Of a stretch of DNA of 64,000 bases, positions 9,443 through 20,182 are shown piece by piece. Under the pieces are notes generated by a model, which was given only the letters and a program-made list of their open reading frames with translations, was not told the DNA's origin and ran no database searches. Origin of the DNA: an uncultured delta proteobacterium (GTDB lineage Bacteria > Desulfobacterota > Binatia > UBA9968); assembly GCA_963755715.1 (NCBI GenBank), contig CAVWLW010000064.1, positions 1 to 64,000 on the forward strand, in the 5' to 3' direction. The translations under genes and the position numbers were made by a program. The first letter of the stretch is position 1. Each line of letters starts with the position of its first letter.

Positions 9443-10186
9443 TCAAATGGCCGTGCGCCCTCCATCGACGGCGAGTTTTGCGCCATGAATGAAACTGGCA
9501 CGATCCGTCGCCAAGAAGACAATGGCCTCAGCAATCTCGTCCGCTGTAGCCGGACGGCCTGCCGGCGCTTGGGCAGCCAGTTGCTCGAGCCCCTCCCCCA
9601 TTGCGTCCGTGCCTTCCGTGCGCGTAGGCCCAGGGCTCACTGCATTGACGCGGACACCGCTCGGGCCATATTCGGCCTCCCACGCTTTGGTCAGCAGGTT
9701 GATGGCGGCCTTGCTCGATCCATAGAGGCTCATGCCTGCCGCCCCGTAATCGGCGACCATCGTCGATACATTGACGATTGCCCCTTTGCCTCTCTTCGCC
9801 ATCAGCGGAGCTAGTTCCGCGACGAGGAAGTACGGCGCCTTGACGTTGAGCGCATACACGCTATCAAACACTTCTTCCGTCATTTCATGCGTCGGCCCGA
9901 ACGGAAAGACTCCGGCATTGTTGATCAGAATATCGACATAGCCATTTCCGAGTTCGACCGCTCTTCTCGCCACTTCGCGCGCGCTCGACGCATCTCGCAG
10001 GTCAGACGAAATAAAATCCGCTTTGCCTCCTGCTGTACGGATTTCCGCAACCGTCTTCTCGCCGCGCTCGGCATTGCGGCCTACGACTAAGACATGGATG
10101 CCAAGCTGGGCCAGTTTATTGGCTGCCGCCCGGCCAATACCGCTCGTTCCTCCTGTAATAAGTGCTATCGATGAATTGGTAGCCAT
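9443..10186 (-). CDS. Short-chain dehydrogenase/reductase (cassette-borne)
   Basis: TGGTSGIG, NNAG, YGSSK, VNAVSPG. Confidence 0.93.
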   Translation of the reverse strand: MATNSSIALITGGTSGIGRAAANKLAQLGIHVLVVGRNAERGEKTVAEIRTAGGKADFISSDLRDASSAREVARRAVELGNGYVDILINNAGVFPFGPTHEMTEEVFDSVYALNVKAPYFLVAELAPLMAKRGKGAIVNVSTMVADYGAAGMSLYGSSKAAINLLTKAWEAEYGPSGVRVNAVSPGPTRTEGTDAMGEGLEQLAAQAPAGRPATADEIAEAIVFLATDRASFIHGAKLAVDGGRTAI

Positions 10187-10493
10187 TTTCAATTCCCCTT
10201 TCAGATTTTGCTGTAATTGGTCGAACCCTTGCCTGAAACCAATATTATTTAACCGTTGCTGTCGCCGCAGCAACAACGACCAATTCAGGCCGGCTCAGTT
10301 CAGCAACACCTTTAATAGCTGTTGCTTCATTCTGCCCCAGACGCATAACCATTGAGTCTACTGACCAGCGATATTGAGTTTCAAAAAATCTCGGAGGTGC
10401 TTTTTTTGTTTTATCTACAAGTTGTAAATTAATCCTTCTCGCAGGTATAGCCAATACCCTTGGTCAGGCTCTGGCACATGCTCGTGTCAACGT

Positions 10494-10640
10494 CCGCGGG
10501 TTGTCCTCGACAGTCTTCTTGTGCTGCGCGGCGGCGATGCGCCGCTATTTTTTTAGTGTCGTCAGCACGTCCAATTTGGGGATGAGTCGGCGTGGCCTGA
10601 TCGAGAGTTACAAAGGCGAGAACACGCTGATGATCGGAAT
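10494..10640 (-). pseudogene. Decayed duplicate of the amidohydrolase 3' end with an internal inversion
   Basis: 10494-10597 aligns with 12760-12864; 10597-10640 (LIESYKGENTLMIG on +) matches 12872-12915 inverted. Confidence 0.75.
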
Positions 10641-10727
10641 TCACCAGGCGTTAGAAAATTTACGCGGTTCCTAATAGAGCGTGTGAAGGCGGTTGCTTGC
10701 GCCGAACAACCGCCGCTTCCGTATCAT

Positions 10728-12413
10728 CTATGTGACGATCACGTCGATGATCGCCGGCCTGCCGCTTCGGTTGGCTTCGAGGCCGCGTTTCAGCGCATCC
10801 TGAAGTTTTTCCGGATCGGTCACCTGCTCGCCGTAACCGCCGACGCATTCGGCGACCTTGACGAAGTCGGGCGCGTTGATGTGGGTGCCGTGATAGAGAT
10901 CCATCTCCGCGGCGATGCCGTCCGGATACATTTTGAGATGCATGCCCTGCATCGCGGCGTATTTCTTGTTGTTGAAGATGACCGTCAAGGTCGGCAGTTT
11001 GTAATCGCGCGCCGCGCCCAGGCAGCCGAGCGCCGGGTTATAGAGAAATGCGCCGTCGCCGATCAAGGTAACAACCTGCCGCTCCGGTTTGCCGAGCTTG
11101 ATACCCAGCGAAAGACCCAGACCCTGTCCGAGACCGCCCTGGCGGGTGAACAGACTTTGAGGCTTGTTCCACACGAGATGTTGGCGCAAGAGACCCGTGT
11201 GTGTGGTGACCTCGTCGATGTAGATCGTGTCGTCGGGCATCACCGCGTTGAGGGATGCGCACAGCCACACCGGATCGATCGGTGTCTTCTTGCGCGCCGC
11301 CGCCTGCGCCGCATTTCTTTTCTCGACCATCGCATCGTGCGCAGCGGCGAGCTCCTTGCGCCTAGCCTCCACCACAGCCTTATCGACGGTAGCGGCATTT
11401 GCCAGATCGCGCAGCGTCTGCGCTACGTTGCCTTCGAGGTACATGTCGGCCTGATGACTCTGGTAGACCATCGCCGAATTGTGCGGCGCTTCGTCGACCA
11501 TGGCGACCACGGCCTTGGGCGGGCGGTTGCTCGGCGGATACCACGGGGCGCGCGCCCGCACCACGATTGCCAAATCCATGTCGTTCCAGAACGGTTTGAT
11601 TTCGGTGCCCTGATAGAGCGGATGATCCTTCGGGAAGTTTGCGAACAGAGCGCCGGGCTTCTCGACCAACGGCAGAGCGAACATATCGCACAGGGCCACC
11701 AGAGCCTCGTAGGTCTCGACCTCCCGGCCGGCGCCCTCGGTGAGCACGACCGGGCGCTTCGCCTTGGAGAGCTGGGCGGCGAGCTTTTCAATGTCCTCCG
11801 GCGCGGTCAGGACGCGCGGCGCGGGCGGAACCGTGCGTGGATTGGCCGGCGGCGTCCAGCCGGCCATCAGTGTTTCCGTCGAGACGGACAGGTACGTCGG
11901 TCCGGTCGGTTGCCGCTGCGCCAGCTCGCCGGCGCGGATGATACTTTCGTAGAGCGTGTAGACACTGCCCGCGACAGAGGAATACTTGACGATCGAGTCG
12001 ACCAGGTTGCTCGTGCCGCCGACGATGCTCAAGTTGTTCATCCACTGGGCGCCCGGATCGAACTCCGGCTGCTCGCCGTAGGTCATCGACTCCCCGGAGA
12101 TCACCACCATCGGGACCCCGGCGACAAAGGCGCCGTGCATGCCCATGGCGCCCTGCAGCAGGCCGGCGCCCGCATGCAACAACACGCCTTGCATCTTGCC
12201 GGTAGCCAGCGTGTAGCCCGCGGCCATGTCGACGGCGAGCGTTTCGTGCCACACGTCCAAGAGCTTGGGACCATCCTTCTTGCGGTGGATCTGGTCCGCC
12301 ATCGCTTCCCAGACGGGCGCCCATTCGGTGCCCGGCGAGGACAGGATGTATTCGACTCCGAGTTTGTGGAATGCTTCGACTATGGCGTTGCCGCCGTCGA
12401 ACTGGTTTTTCAT
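10728..12413 (-). CDS. Thiamine diphosphate-dependent enzyme (AHAS/decarboxylase superfamily)
   Basis: SPGTE, HETLAVDMAAGY (catalytic Glu), GDGAFLY...IFNN. Confidence 0.92.
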   Translation of the reverse strand: MKNQFDGGNAIVEAFHKLGVEYILSSPGTEWAPVWEAMADQIHRKKDGPKLLDVWHETLAVDMAAGYTLATGKMQGVLLHAGAGLLQGAMGMHGAFVAGVPMVVISGESMTYGEQPEFDPGAQWMNNLSIVGGTSNLVDSIVKYSSVAGSVYTLYESIIRAGELAQRQPTGPTYLSVSTETLMAGWTPPANPRTVPPAPRVLTAPEDIEKLAAQLSKAKRPVVLTEGAGREVETYEALVALCDMFALPLVEKPGALFANFPKDHPLYQGTEIKPFWNDMDLAIVVRARAPWYPPSNRPPKAVVAMVDEAPHNSAMVYQSHQADMYLEGNVAQTLRDLANAATVDKAVVEARRKELAAAHDAMVEKRNAAQAAARKKTPIDPVWLCASLNAVMPDDTIYIDEVTTHTGLLRQHLVWNKPQSLFTRQGGLGQGLGLSLGIKLGKPERQVVTLIGDGAFLYNPALGCLGAARDYKLPTLTVIFNNKKYAAMQGMHLKMYPDGIAAEMDLYHGTHINAPDFVKVAECVGGYGEQVTDPEKLQDALKRGLEANRSGRPAIIDVIVT

Positions 12414-12738
12414 GGTTGAGTCTCCTCGAACGGTTTTCTTGTGGTGTGTATTATCTCGCGCCTGAACGCGCAAGACCCCGGCGGGCTGCTGATATCAATT
12501 CTGGAGCAGCGCGGTCAAGCGACGAAGGAGTCATTTTACTCCAGCCGATCGAATAGGTTTTGATATGGATGCGAGCGGATAATGATCGGGTGAGACAGTT
12601 TGCACATGCCAGTGGTCCGTTCTACTCGCGGTGGGAGACGACATTAAGAACACGGCGAGAGCGAAAAATCACGTATGATATCGGGTCGGACGCAGTACAC
12701 TAGCCGCCTTCTTAACGGTGATCAGATGTCTTAGTGGT

Positions 12739-13822
12739 TCACGCTAAACCGTAAAATGCCCGCGGATTGTCCTCGACGATCTTCTTGTGCTGCGCGGCGC
12801 TGATGCCGCCGCTGTTTTTCAAAGTCGTCAACGCATCCAACTCCGTGGAAGAGTCGGCGTGGCCGAAATCGGTGCCGATCATCAAAGTATTTTCGCCCAT
12901 GCAGCTTTGGATCAGATACGGCACGTCGTCGCCGATCTGGCAGGTGACAAAGATGCCGCAGCGCTCGAGCAGATCATCGGGCAGCCGATTGCCGACTTTG
13001 TCCAAGCGCCGGCGCAGCTCGTAGATCACCCACGGCACCCATGTTGCCGCGGTTTCGATGAAGCCGAAGCGGAGTTTGGGAAATTTCTGCGGGATGCCGC
13101 AATTGATGAGGCGGAACATCGCGCCGACGTTGAAAATTCGATATTGGTTGAAAAAGTCGCGGCTGCCGTCGGGATTGACCATCATGTCCACCGCCGCGGC
13201 GCTGCCGTTGGATTGGTGCAGGCCGATGCAGAAATTCATTTTCTCGGCTTGCTCGTACAAAGGAAAGAAATAGGGATCGCTGATCTGGCGCGCGCCTTCG
13301 AGCGGGCGCATGAAAACCCCGCAGCCGCCGTTCTCCTTGGCGAACTTCAATTGGTCGAGCGCGTCGGGCATGCTGAGCAGCGGCAAGTTCGCCATCCAAC
13401 GTAAGCGCCCCTTGCTCTGTTTCCACACATCCGCCATCCAGCGATTGTAAGCGCCGCACAACGCCACCTCGGTATCGGCGCGCTCGGTCACCTGGTCGAG
13501 AAAGATACTCGTGTAGAGAACCTGGATGTCGATCCCCAGCTCGTCCATATGCTTGATGCGCGCGCTCGACGTCGGCGAGATCGCGCGTCGCCATGTCGGT
13601 CGCCATATCGCGGCCGATCTCGGCGGATTTCTTGTCGAGATCGGCTTTGCTAAAAGTGAACCGGAACAGGCCGCGGATTTTGCCGTCGATCACCCAGTGC
13701 GCTTTTTGGTTGTCGTCCTCCGGCTTGAACAACTGAGGCCGAAACTTTTTTTCTGAAGGCAAGAGGTAATCCCACGTCAGCGGACTTTCAACGACATGCG
13801 CGTCAGCGTCTACCCATCCCAT
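12739..13822 (-). CDS. Amidohydrolase-2 family protein (frameshift ~13560)
   Basis: VDADAHVVE, MDELGIDIQVLY, IGLH, GFIETAATW, IGTDFGHAD. Confidence 0.88.
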
Positions 13823-13936
13823 GGCGATATCTCCCTTATGAATTTTGGATTGCCGATTTCGGATTCTCGAACGGGCGAAACATGTTTCGCCCCTACACTC
13901 ACTATTGCCTGTTGCCTAATGCCTATTGCCTTGTTT

Positions 13937-14701
13937 TCAATGAAGCACCGCGCCGCCGTTCACGAGTATCGTTTGTCCCGTCACAAAGGTGCTTAAATCG
14001 GATAACAGATAGAGAGCGGTGCCGACCAAATCTTCCGGCTGCTCGATCCGTTTAAGAATTCTGGTCGAAGCCGAGCGCTCGTAATTCTTAAGCGCGCTCT
14101 CCGTCGCTTTCTCTTCGCTCATCGTCGCGCCGGGCGCCAACGTATTCACGCGAATGTTATCCGGACCGAGCTCTCGAGCCAAGACACGGCTGAATCCAAC
14201 CACGGCAGCCTTCGATGTAACGTAGTGCATCATCGTCAAGCCGCCGTTAAACGCCATGTTCGAGGAAATATTGACGACGCTGCCCTGTTTTCGCTGTTGC
14301 ATCGCCGGCACCACCGCGCGGCTGCTCAACCACAGGCCCTTGACGTTGACCGCCATGATCCGGTCCCAAGCTTCTTCGGTGATCTCTTGCCAACTGCCTT
14401 TTTCCGCCGGCACGCTCATAAAAATAGCGGCGTTATTGACCAACCCATCGATCTTGCCGTGAGCATCGAGCGTTTTCTGCGCCATCTCTTGGCAGCTGGA
14501 AAAATTCGCCACGTCGACTTTCGTCGCCAGCGACTTGCCGCCGCTGTCCTTGATCGCTTTGGCGACGCCGTCCGCCGCTTTCTCATCGATGTCGGCGACG
14601 ACCGCCGTTCCGCCCTCTCGCGCAATCCCTAAACAATAGGCTCGACCAATACCATGCCCGCCGCCCGTCACGATCACCACTTTTCCGTCCAATAATCCCA
14701 T
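13937..14701 (-). CDS. SDR family oxidoreductase
   Basis: TGGGHGIG, NNAA, YVTSK. Confidence 0.93.
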   Translation of the reverse strand: MGLLDGKVVIVTGGGHGIGRAYCLGIAREGGTAVVADIDEKAADGVAKAIKDSGGKSLATKVDVANFSSCQEMAQKTLDAHGKIDGLVNNAAIFMSVPAEKGSWQEITEEAWDRIMAVNVKGLWLSSRAVVPAMQQRKQGSVVNISSNMAFNGGLTMMHYVTSKAAVVGFSRVLARELGPDNIRVNTLAPGATMSEEKATESALKNYERSASTRILKRIEQPEDLVGTALYLLSDLSTFVTGQTILVNGGAVLH

Positions 14702-14829
14702 GCGAACTTCCTTCTTGAATCAAACACGCTGCGCCAGACTCAATCCTCCGTGATGATATATGGGTTACTACCTGCTCAATTAGCTATCACCGCGTGTTGT
14801 GCCTTGTCAAAACCGCGGCGAAATCTACG

Positions 14830-15885
14830 TTACGGTTTCAACATCTTGCGCAGCTTCGCCTTGAGGTCGGGCGACAAACCCAGAAAATCCGTCACTAGTT
14901 TTTGCACCTGCTGCGCCGATACCGGGGCGATTTCGAGCTTTCCCTTGTCCGCGTCGGCCAAGAATTCCTTATCGACAAAAGTTTTCGTCAGCGCTGCCTC
15001 GAGGGCCGCACTCCGATCTTGAGGCACGGCCGACGGCACGACGTAAACTTTGCCGAACTGGTTGGGCGCAGCGGCGCCGAAGCGGAGCAGCTGACGCTGT
15101 TCCTCGGTTTTCGCGATCTGCGGTATCGTCGGCACGTTCGTAGCCGGCAGTTCGGTTATCGGATTGTCGCCCAGCTGCGCGAGAATGAGCCACTCGCCGC
15201 TTTTGACTTTATCCAATGACGTAATCTTTGTTGACTCCCAACTGTTCAAGAATCCGTCCAGTTCGCCGCTCTCTATGGCCAAACGGATATCGGCGGTGCC
15301 TTTGTAACCGCTGACAACTTTGATATTCGCTCCCAGGAGATCGCGGAGAAGAATCGGCCCTTGTTCCACCGTCGAACCGGGAATTCCGCCTAGGGTAACT
15401 TGTTTCCCCTTCGCCCCTAACAGTTCGTCGAACTTCGTGACGCCGGGCTTCCGCGTCAAAAGCAAGAGATAGGTTTCACCGATCGGCACGCCGAGATAAC
15501 GAAACTTGCCGAGATCGTACTGCACTGCCGGATTGGCAAACAGTTGTTCCAGAATAATCTGGCCGCTGATGTTGCCGATGACCGTGCCGTCCTTTGGCGC
15601 GGCGTTAAAAATATGGTTGGCCGCGATAATGCTGCCGGCGCCGGCCATGTTATCGACAATAACGCTGGGATTTCCCGGAATATGTTTTTGGAGATGGCGC
15701 CCGATCAGGCGCGAATAGGCGTCGTAACCGCCGCCGGCGGAGAACCCGACGATGATGCGAACCGTCTTGCCTCGATAGAAATCCGCTACCGCTTTCTCAT
15801 CAAAAGCCGTAGCCGCCAACGTTTGAGTCGCAGCACCGAACAAGTAAAGAGAAACGATGACAACAAATGCTAGGAATCTTCTCAC
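14830..15885 (-). CDS. TctC/Bug-like tripartite tricarboxylate transporter binding protein
   Basis: Signal peptide; IVGFSAGGGYDAYSRL, NMAGAG, PKDG, GYKG. Confidence 0.88.
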   Translation of the reverse strand: MRRFLAFVVIVSLYLFGAATQTLAATAFDEKAVADFYRGKTVRIIVGFSAGGGYDAYSRLIGRHLQKHIPGNPSVIVDNMAGAGSIIAANHIFNAAPKDGTVIGNISGQIILEQLFANPAVQYDLGKFRYLGVPIGETYLLLLTRKPGVTKFDELLGAKGKQVTLGGIPGSTVEQGPILLRDLLGANIKVVSGYKGTADIRLAIESGELDGFLNSWESTKITSLDKVKSGEWLILAQLGDNPITELPATNVPTIPQIAKTEEQRQLLRFGAAAPNQFGKVYVVPSAVPQDRSAALEAALTKTFVDKEFLADADKGKLEIAPVSAQQVQKLVTDFLGLSPDLKAKLRKMLKP

Positions 15886-16067
15886 ACAAACCTCCGGTTT
15901 GATGCCGCTTCGATGAGCCTGATCGATTTCGCCTATGAGTTCTCGCTACCATCACGGTGTCGCCGCTGTCAAACTGAGAAAAGTGTCCGGAGCGCTTCAA
16001 CGAAAGACATAGGAAGCGAAAGTTCTTTGTGATGTAATGGACACCTATCTCATCGCGGAGGTTCATC

Positions 16068-16880
16068 ATGGCAAGCGGCGAAAAACCTCAGAGCAAATTC
16101 ACCGAGGTGCAAGGAATCAAGCTGCACTATCTAGAGTGGGGAGAGACCGGCAAACCCGATCTCCTGTTAGTGCATGGCTGGACCAGCTTTGCATCCAGCT
16201 GGTCAACCGTCGCGGAATATTTTCGCGGCCGTTTTCACATCGTCGCGCCGGACCTGCGCGGCCACGGCGAGTCCGACAAACCGCAAACCGGTTATCGCCT
16301 GCGCGATTTTACCGAAGATGTTCGCCAGCTCATCAAAAACCTGGAGCTGCGCAAACCCGCCTATGTCGGCCATTCTTGGGGCGGTAACATCGGCACGGTC
16401 CTGGCGTCGGATACGCCGGATCTCATTTCGCGGGCCTTCCTTGAAGATCCCGTCTTCTGGCGCATGCTCCACGCTTTCATGACCGCGCTGCCCGGTGCGT
16501 TGGCGCGGCGAAATAAGCCGGAAGCGGAGATTCGCGCCGAAGCCAGGCAAAAGGGTCTTTCACAATCCGACGAAGACATGGAAGTTTACCGCAACCATCA
16601 CTTTTCAGCCGACGCGCTCACGCGCTTGCTCACGGACAACCGCGATTGGGCTTTCGCTTTTGAAGATCATTTGAAGCGCATCGCCGTGCCGACGATGCTA
16701 CTAGTCGCCGACAATAAAGCCGCTCAGCCGGGCGCGATCATGCGCGAGGAGATGGCCTATCTTCAGCGCATCGCCTCGCCGCAAGTGAAATTTGATTTTT
16801 GGGAAGGAGTCGGCCACGGCATGAAAGCGGCAAAGCCCGCGGAATACAACAAGGCGTTGGAGTCGTGGCTCCTGGGCTAA
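16068..16880 (+). CDS. Alpha/beta hydrolase
   Basis: LVHG, PDLRGHGES, GHSWGG, GVGH. Confidence 0.9.
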   Translation: MASGEKPQSKFTEVQGIKLHYLEWGETGKPDLLLVHGWTSFASSWSTVAEYFRGRFHIVAPDLRGHGESDKPQTGYRLRDFTEDVRQLIKNLELRKPAYVGHSWGGNIGTVLASDTPDLISRAFLEDPVFWRMLHAFMTALPGALARRNKPEAEIRAEARQKGLSQSDEDMEVYRNHHFSADALTRLLTDNRDWAFAFEDHLKRIAVPTMLLVADNKAAQPGAIMREEMAYLQRIASPQVKFDFWEGVGHGMKAAKPAEYNKALESWLLG

Positions 16881-16897
16881 GCGTTCACGAAGCCGTC

Positions 16898-17731
16898 CTA
16901 ATTCGCGCTGTGCTTCTTCACCCAGTCGAGAATGACGGCATTGGTTTCTTCCGGCGCCTGCCAAAAGAAGCCATGCGATTGTCCTTTTAAAATTTTCATC
17001 TCTGCACCGGGTATGCGCTCGAGAAGCACCTTCGACTGCGCGATGTGATTGCTGCCGACCGTGTCGGCTTCGCCGATTAATACCAATGTCGGCGCCTTCA
17101 CGTCGCCCAAGCGGTGTGTCCCTTCAAAGTTATGGCGCGCGATGCAAAGGTGGATGAACTCCGGCAGCTTGGCGTGCGTCGCCCAGGCGAGCTTGAAAAA
17201 TGCTTCGACTTTGTCGCGATGGCGTTCGCGATACTCTCGGGTAAAGAAAGTATCCGAATCGACGATTTCGTCGTGAACAAATTTCTCGAAGCCCATTTCC
17301 ACCATGTCGAGCACCAAACGATGGGGCAAGCCAGGAATACAGTCCGAGCCGGGTCTCGCCGCCGGCCCGGAACCGCTTGCTGCCATTATCAAGCTCTTCA
17401 CGCGACCGGGAAAGTTCTCTGCCAGCGAAAGCGCTATCCGGCCGCCCATCGAATGGCCGATCAGATGAGCCGAGGCTAGCTTCAAATGATCCATCAAAGC
17501 GACAATATCGAGCGCCATCTGCTCGATCGTGTAAACGCTCTGCGTCGCCACCGAACGGCCGCAGCCGCGCGGATCGTGAAAAATAATATTGAGTGATTGA
17601 GCCAGCGGCATTTGCGACGGCTTCCACACTTCGCCCGAGTACGCCGTCGAAGGCACAAAGATCAGCGGCTCGCCTTGCCCGTGAGTTTCGTAATAAAGAT
17701 CAACGCCGGTGGGCAGTTTGATGTTAGGCAT
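16898..17731 (-). CDS. Alpha/beta hydrolase
   Basis: DPRGCGRS, GHSMGG, GEAD, GQSH. Confidence 0.9.
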   Translation of the reverse strand: MPNIKLPTGVDLYYETHGQGEPLIFVPSTAYSGEVWKPSQMPLAQSLNIIFHDPRGCGRSVATQSVYTIEQMALDIVALMDHLKLASAHLIGHSMGGRIALSLAENFPGRVKSLIMAASGSGPAARPGSDCIPGLPHRLVLDMVEMGFEKFVHDEIVDSDTFFTREYRERHRDKVEAFFKLAWATHAKLPEFIHLCIARHNFEGTHRLGDVKAPTLVLIGEADTVGSNHIAQSKVLLERIPGAEMKILKGQSHGFFWQAPEETNAVILDWVKKHSAN

Positions 17732-17774
17732 AGTTAACTCCTCATCTACTAAATCTACTAACTAACTTCGTAAA

Positions 17775-17860
17775 AAGGATTTCTCCCAAGGGTCGAAATG
17801 ACACAAGAGTCATTTGTTGTCCGATTTTTTTTGTCATCTCGAACGAAGTGAGAGATCTTT
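17775..17860. repeat. GTCA-type REP pair
   Basis: GATTTCTCCC..GTCGAAATGAC / GTCATCTCGAACGAAGTGAGAGATC; relatives at 20071-20132, 29438-29540 and 55403-55475. Confidence 0.65.
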
Positions 17861-17871
17861 CCGAGCAACCC

Positions 17872-18870
17872 TCATCTAGAAGCCGACGCTCTATAGAATC
17901 CTTCCCGCTCCAACTGGCTCACAAATCGGGTATCAAGAAAATCATCCGGCTTGACCGTCTTGGCTTTGGGTTCGGTCGGCAGCAATTCGGCAATGATCGT
18001 CTCCATCCCTTTCCGCGTCACGTACGGAACGGTTTCAATGTAGGCGCGTGCTTCACCGTAAGTCGCTTCGAGAATATCCGGATCTTTGATGCGCGCGTAC
18101 TTCTGGATCGCGCGAATGCCGGCGGCTTTGTTCGCTTTGAGAAGCTGCACTCCTTCACTGTAGCCGCGCACCAAGCGGCGCGTCATTTCTTCATTGTTCT
18201 TGATAAACGAGCGCGTCGAACCGATCGCCACCGAAACATATTCCGGCCCGTCTTTGCTGAGATCGATCAATTCGCTGAGCCCGGCTTTGCGCGCGCGAAA
18301 ATTGGTCGGCGGCGACAATGCGCCAGCGTCGATTTGCCCGGCCACGATCGCGGTGAAAATATTCGGCACGTCGACCAACTGCAGCATCTGATACTCGTCG
18401 GGCTTAAGGCCGAATTTGTTCATGACCCAAAGCGTCACACTATGCGTCGACGAACCGAGCCGGGTGATACCGATCTTCTTTCCTTTGAGGTCATTGAAGT
18501 TCTTGATCTCCGGACGGGCGATAAAAGAAAACACCAAACGGTTGGCGACCCCGGCGATGATAACAGCGTCGGCACCCTTGAGCGTTGCCTGCACCGAAGT
18601 GCGACCGTCCATGTACGTGTACGCCAATTCGCCGGCCAACAACGTTTGAATCGCGCGCGACGTCGACGGAATATGGATGAGCTCGACCTCCAACCCATTC
18701 CTTTTGAACAACCCTTCTTCCTGAGCCACCCAGGTGCCGCTCATGTTGCTCGCAAACGACGTCCATGCGACGCGCGCTTTCATCTGTGAGCCTGCGGCCG
18801 GCGTGAACCATAAACCGAAGGTTATCCAAAGAATGAACCAGGTGATTCTACTTCGCGCTATCGTCTTCAT
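17872..18870 (-). CDS. SsuA/NMT1-like ABC substrate-binding protein
   Basis: Signal peptide; WVAQEEGLFKRNGLEVEL, DLKGKKIGITRLGS. Confidence 0.88.
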   Translation of the reverse strand: MKTIARSRITWFILWITFGLWFTPAAGSQMKARVAWTSFASNMSGTWVAQEEGLFKRNGLEVELIHIPSTSRAIQTLLAGELAYTYMDGRTSVQATLKGADAVIIAGVANRLVFSFIARPEIKNFNDLKGKKIGITRLGSSTHSVTLWVMNKFGLKPDEYQMLQLVDVPNIFTAIVAGQIDAGALSPPTNFRARKAGLSELIDLSKDGPEYVSVAIGSTRSFIKNNEEMTRRLVRGYSEGVQLLKANKAAGIRAIQKYARIKDPDILEATYGEARAYIETVPYVTRKGMETIIAELLPTEPKAKTVKPDDFLDTRFVSQLEREGFYRASASR

Positions 18871-19022
18871 TCCGACCGCCTAGCCTCTCCGCGCCATCGC
18901 TTGCGCCTGCATATCATAGGAACTGCCAAGCGGTCGAGAACCTCCGTTCAGCCGGACTTGCTCCAATCCGCATGTCTGACATAGAGTCGCGGGCTACCGG
19001 GTTAACGCGGAGGGCAAAATCC

Positions 19023-20003
19023 ATGAGACGCCTATTGATTATAGCCATCCTATCCACCGTCGTTTGCGGTTCGACGGTTATCGCCGCCGACCGAATTAGA
19101 ATCGCTTACAGTTCCATCAGCGGCGCCTACACAGGCATCTGGGTCGCTCATGACGCCGGGTTTTTCGCCAAAGAAGGCTTGGAAGATCAGATCATCCTCA
19201 TTCCCAGCGCCACTCAATTGGCTCAAGTCACCGTCGCCGGCGACGTCGACATCTCGTCTTTGGGCGGCGGACCACTGATCGCCGCGGTGCTCAGCGGCGC
19301 GGACTTGAAAGTGTTCGGTAACAACGTCAACAAGATGATCTTCTCGCTGCATACCAAGCCCGAGATCAAGAGCATCGAAGAGCTGCGCGGCAAACGCATT
19401 GCGGTCAGCCGGTTTGGCTCCAGCTCCGATGTGTCGGCTCGCTACGCCTTGCGCAAATTCAATATCGACCCGCAGAAAGACGTGATCCTGATGCAGTTGG
19501 GCTCCATGTCGAACATGTTCGGCGCGCTCCGATCCGGCGCCATCGAGGCCTCGATGGTTTCGCCGCCGACTCAATTTCTCTCGGAGAAACTCGGCTTCAA
19601 AGAGCTCGTGAGCGTGACGGATATGGATTTCGCTTATCCGAATCCGGCGATGGCAACCTCTGGCGAGTTAATTCGCAAGAAGCCCGACCTGATCGATCGC
19701 TTCATGCGCGCCTACGTGCGCGCCATCCATCGCGCAAAAATGGACCGGGAGTCCACGATCAAAACCTTGGCAAAATACACCACGGTCACCGACCCGGTGC
19801 TTCTCGCTAAAACTTACGACTTTTACATGAACAAAGTGTTGGAGCGCGCGCCGTACATCAACATGCAAGGCATGCAAAACGCCATCGACGATCTGGCGCG
19901 AACGCTGCCAGCGGCGAAAAATGCCAAGCCGGAACAGTTCGTCGACCTGCGCTTCCTCGACCGACTGGAAAAAAGCGGGCTGCTCAAGGAACTTTACAAG
20001 TGA
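19023..20003 (+). CDS. SsuA/NMT1-like ABC substrate-binding protein
   Basis: Signal peptide; WVAHDAGFFAKEGL, ELRGKRIAVSRFGS. Confidence 0.88.
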   Translation: MRRLLIIAILSTVVCGSTVIAADRIRIAYSSISGAYTGIWVAHDAGFFAKEGLEDQIILIPSATQLAQVTVAGDVDISSLGGGPLIAAVLSGADLKVFGNNVNKMIFSLHTKPEIKSIEELRGKRIAVSRFGSSSDVSARYALRKFNIDPQKDVILMQLGSMSNMFGALRSGAIEASMVSPPTQFLSEKLGFKELVSVTDMDFAYPNPAMATSGELIRKKPDLIDRFMRAYVRAIHRAKMDRESTIKTLAKYTTVTDPVLLAKTYDFYMNKVLERAPYINMQGMQNAIDDLARTLPAAKNAKPEQFVDLRFLDRLEKSGLLKELYK

Positions 20004-20070
20004 GCGTCAGCGACGAAGCCGCAACAAAATTTCGAAGTATCTCGCGCAAAGACGCAAAGGCCGCAAAGGT

Positions 20071-20132
20071 TTTGTCATTTCGACCGCACGGGAGAAATCC
20101 TTCTTAGATCCTCGCCTTGTTCGGGATGACGG
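20071..20132. repeat. GTCA-type REP element
   Basis: GTCATTTCGACCGCACGGGAGAAATC...GGGATGAC between convergent genes. Confidence 0.6.
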
Positions 20133-20182
20133 TCTTTGACCGTCACTTGGCGCCTTGGCGTCTTTGCGGGATAAACCTCCGG

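Noticed and set aside
10683-12419. 578-aa + strand ORF, and similar ORFs at 17848-18789, 25366-26271, 41944-43065 and 59541-60689
   Set aside because: These are antisense shadows of well-supported genes in GC-rich DNA and carry no recognisable motifs
12644-12717. Imperfect inverted repeat upstream of the ThDP enzyme gene (possible riboswitch)
   Set aside because: Pairing is weak and no TPP riboswitch signature (CTGAGA...CCTGA) is visible
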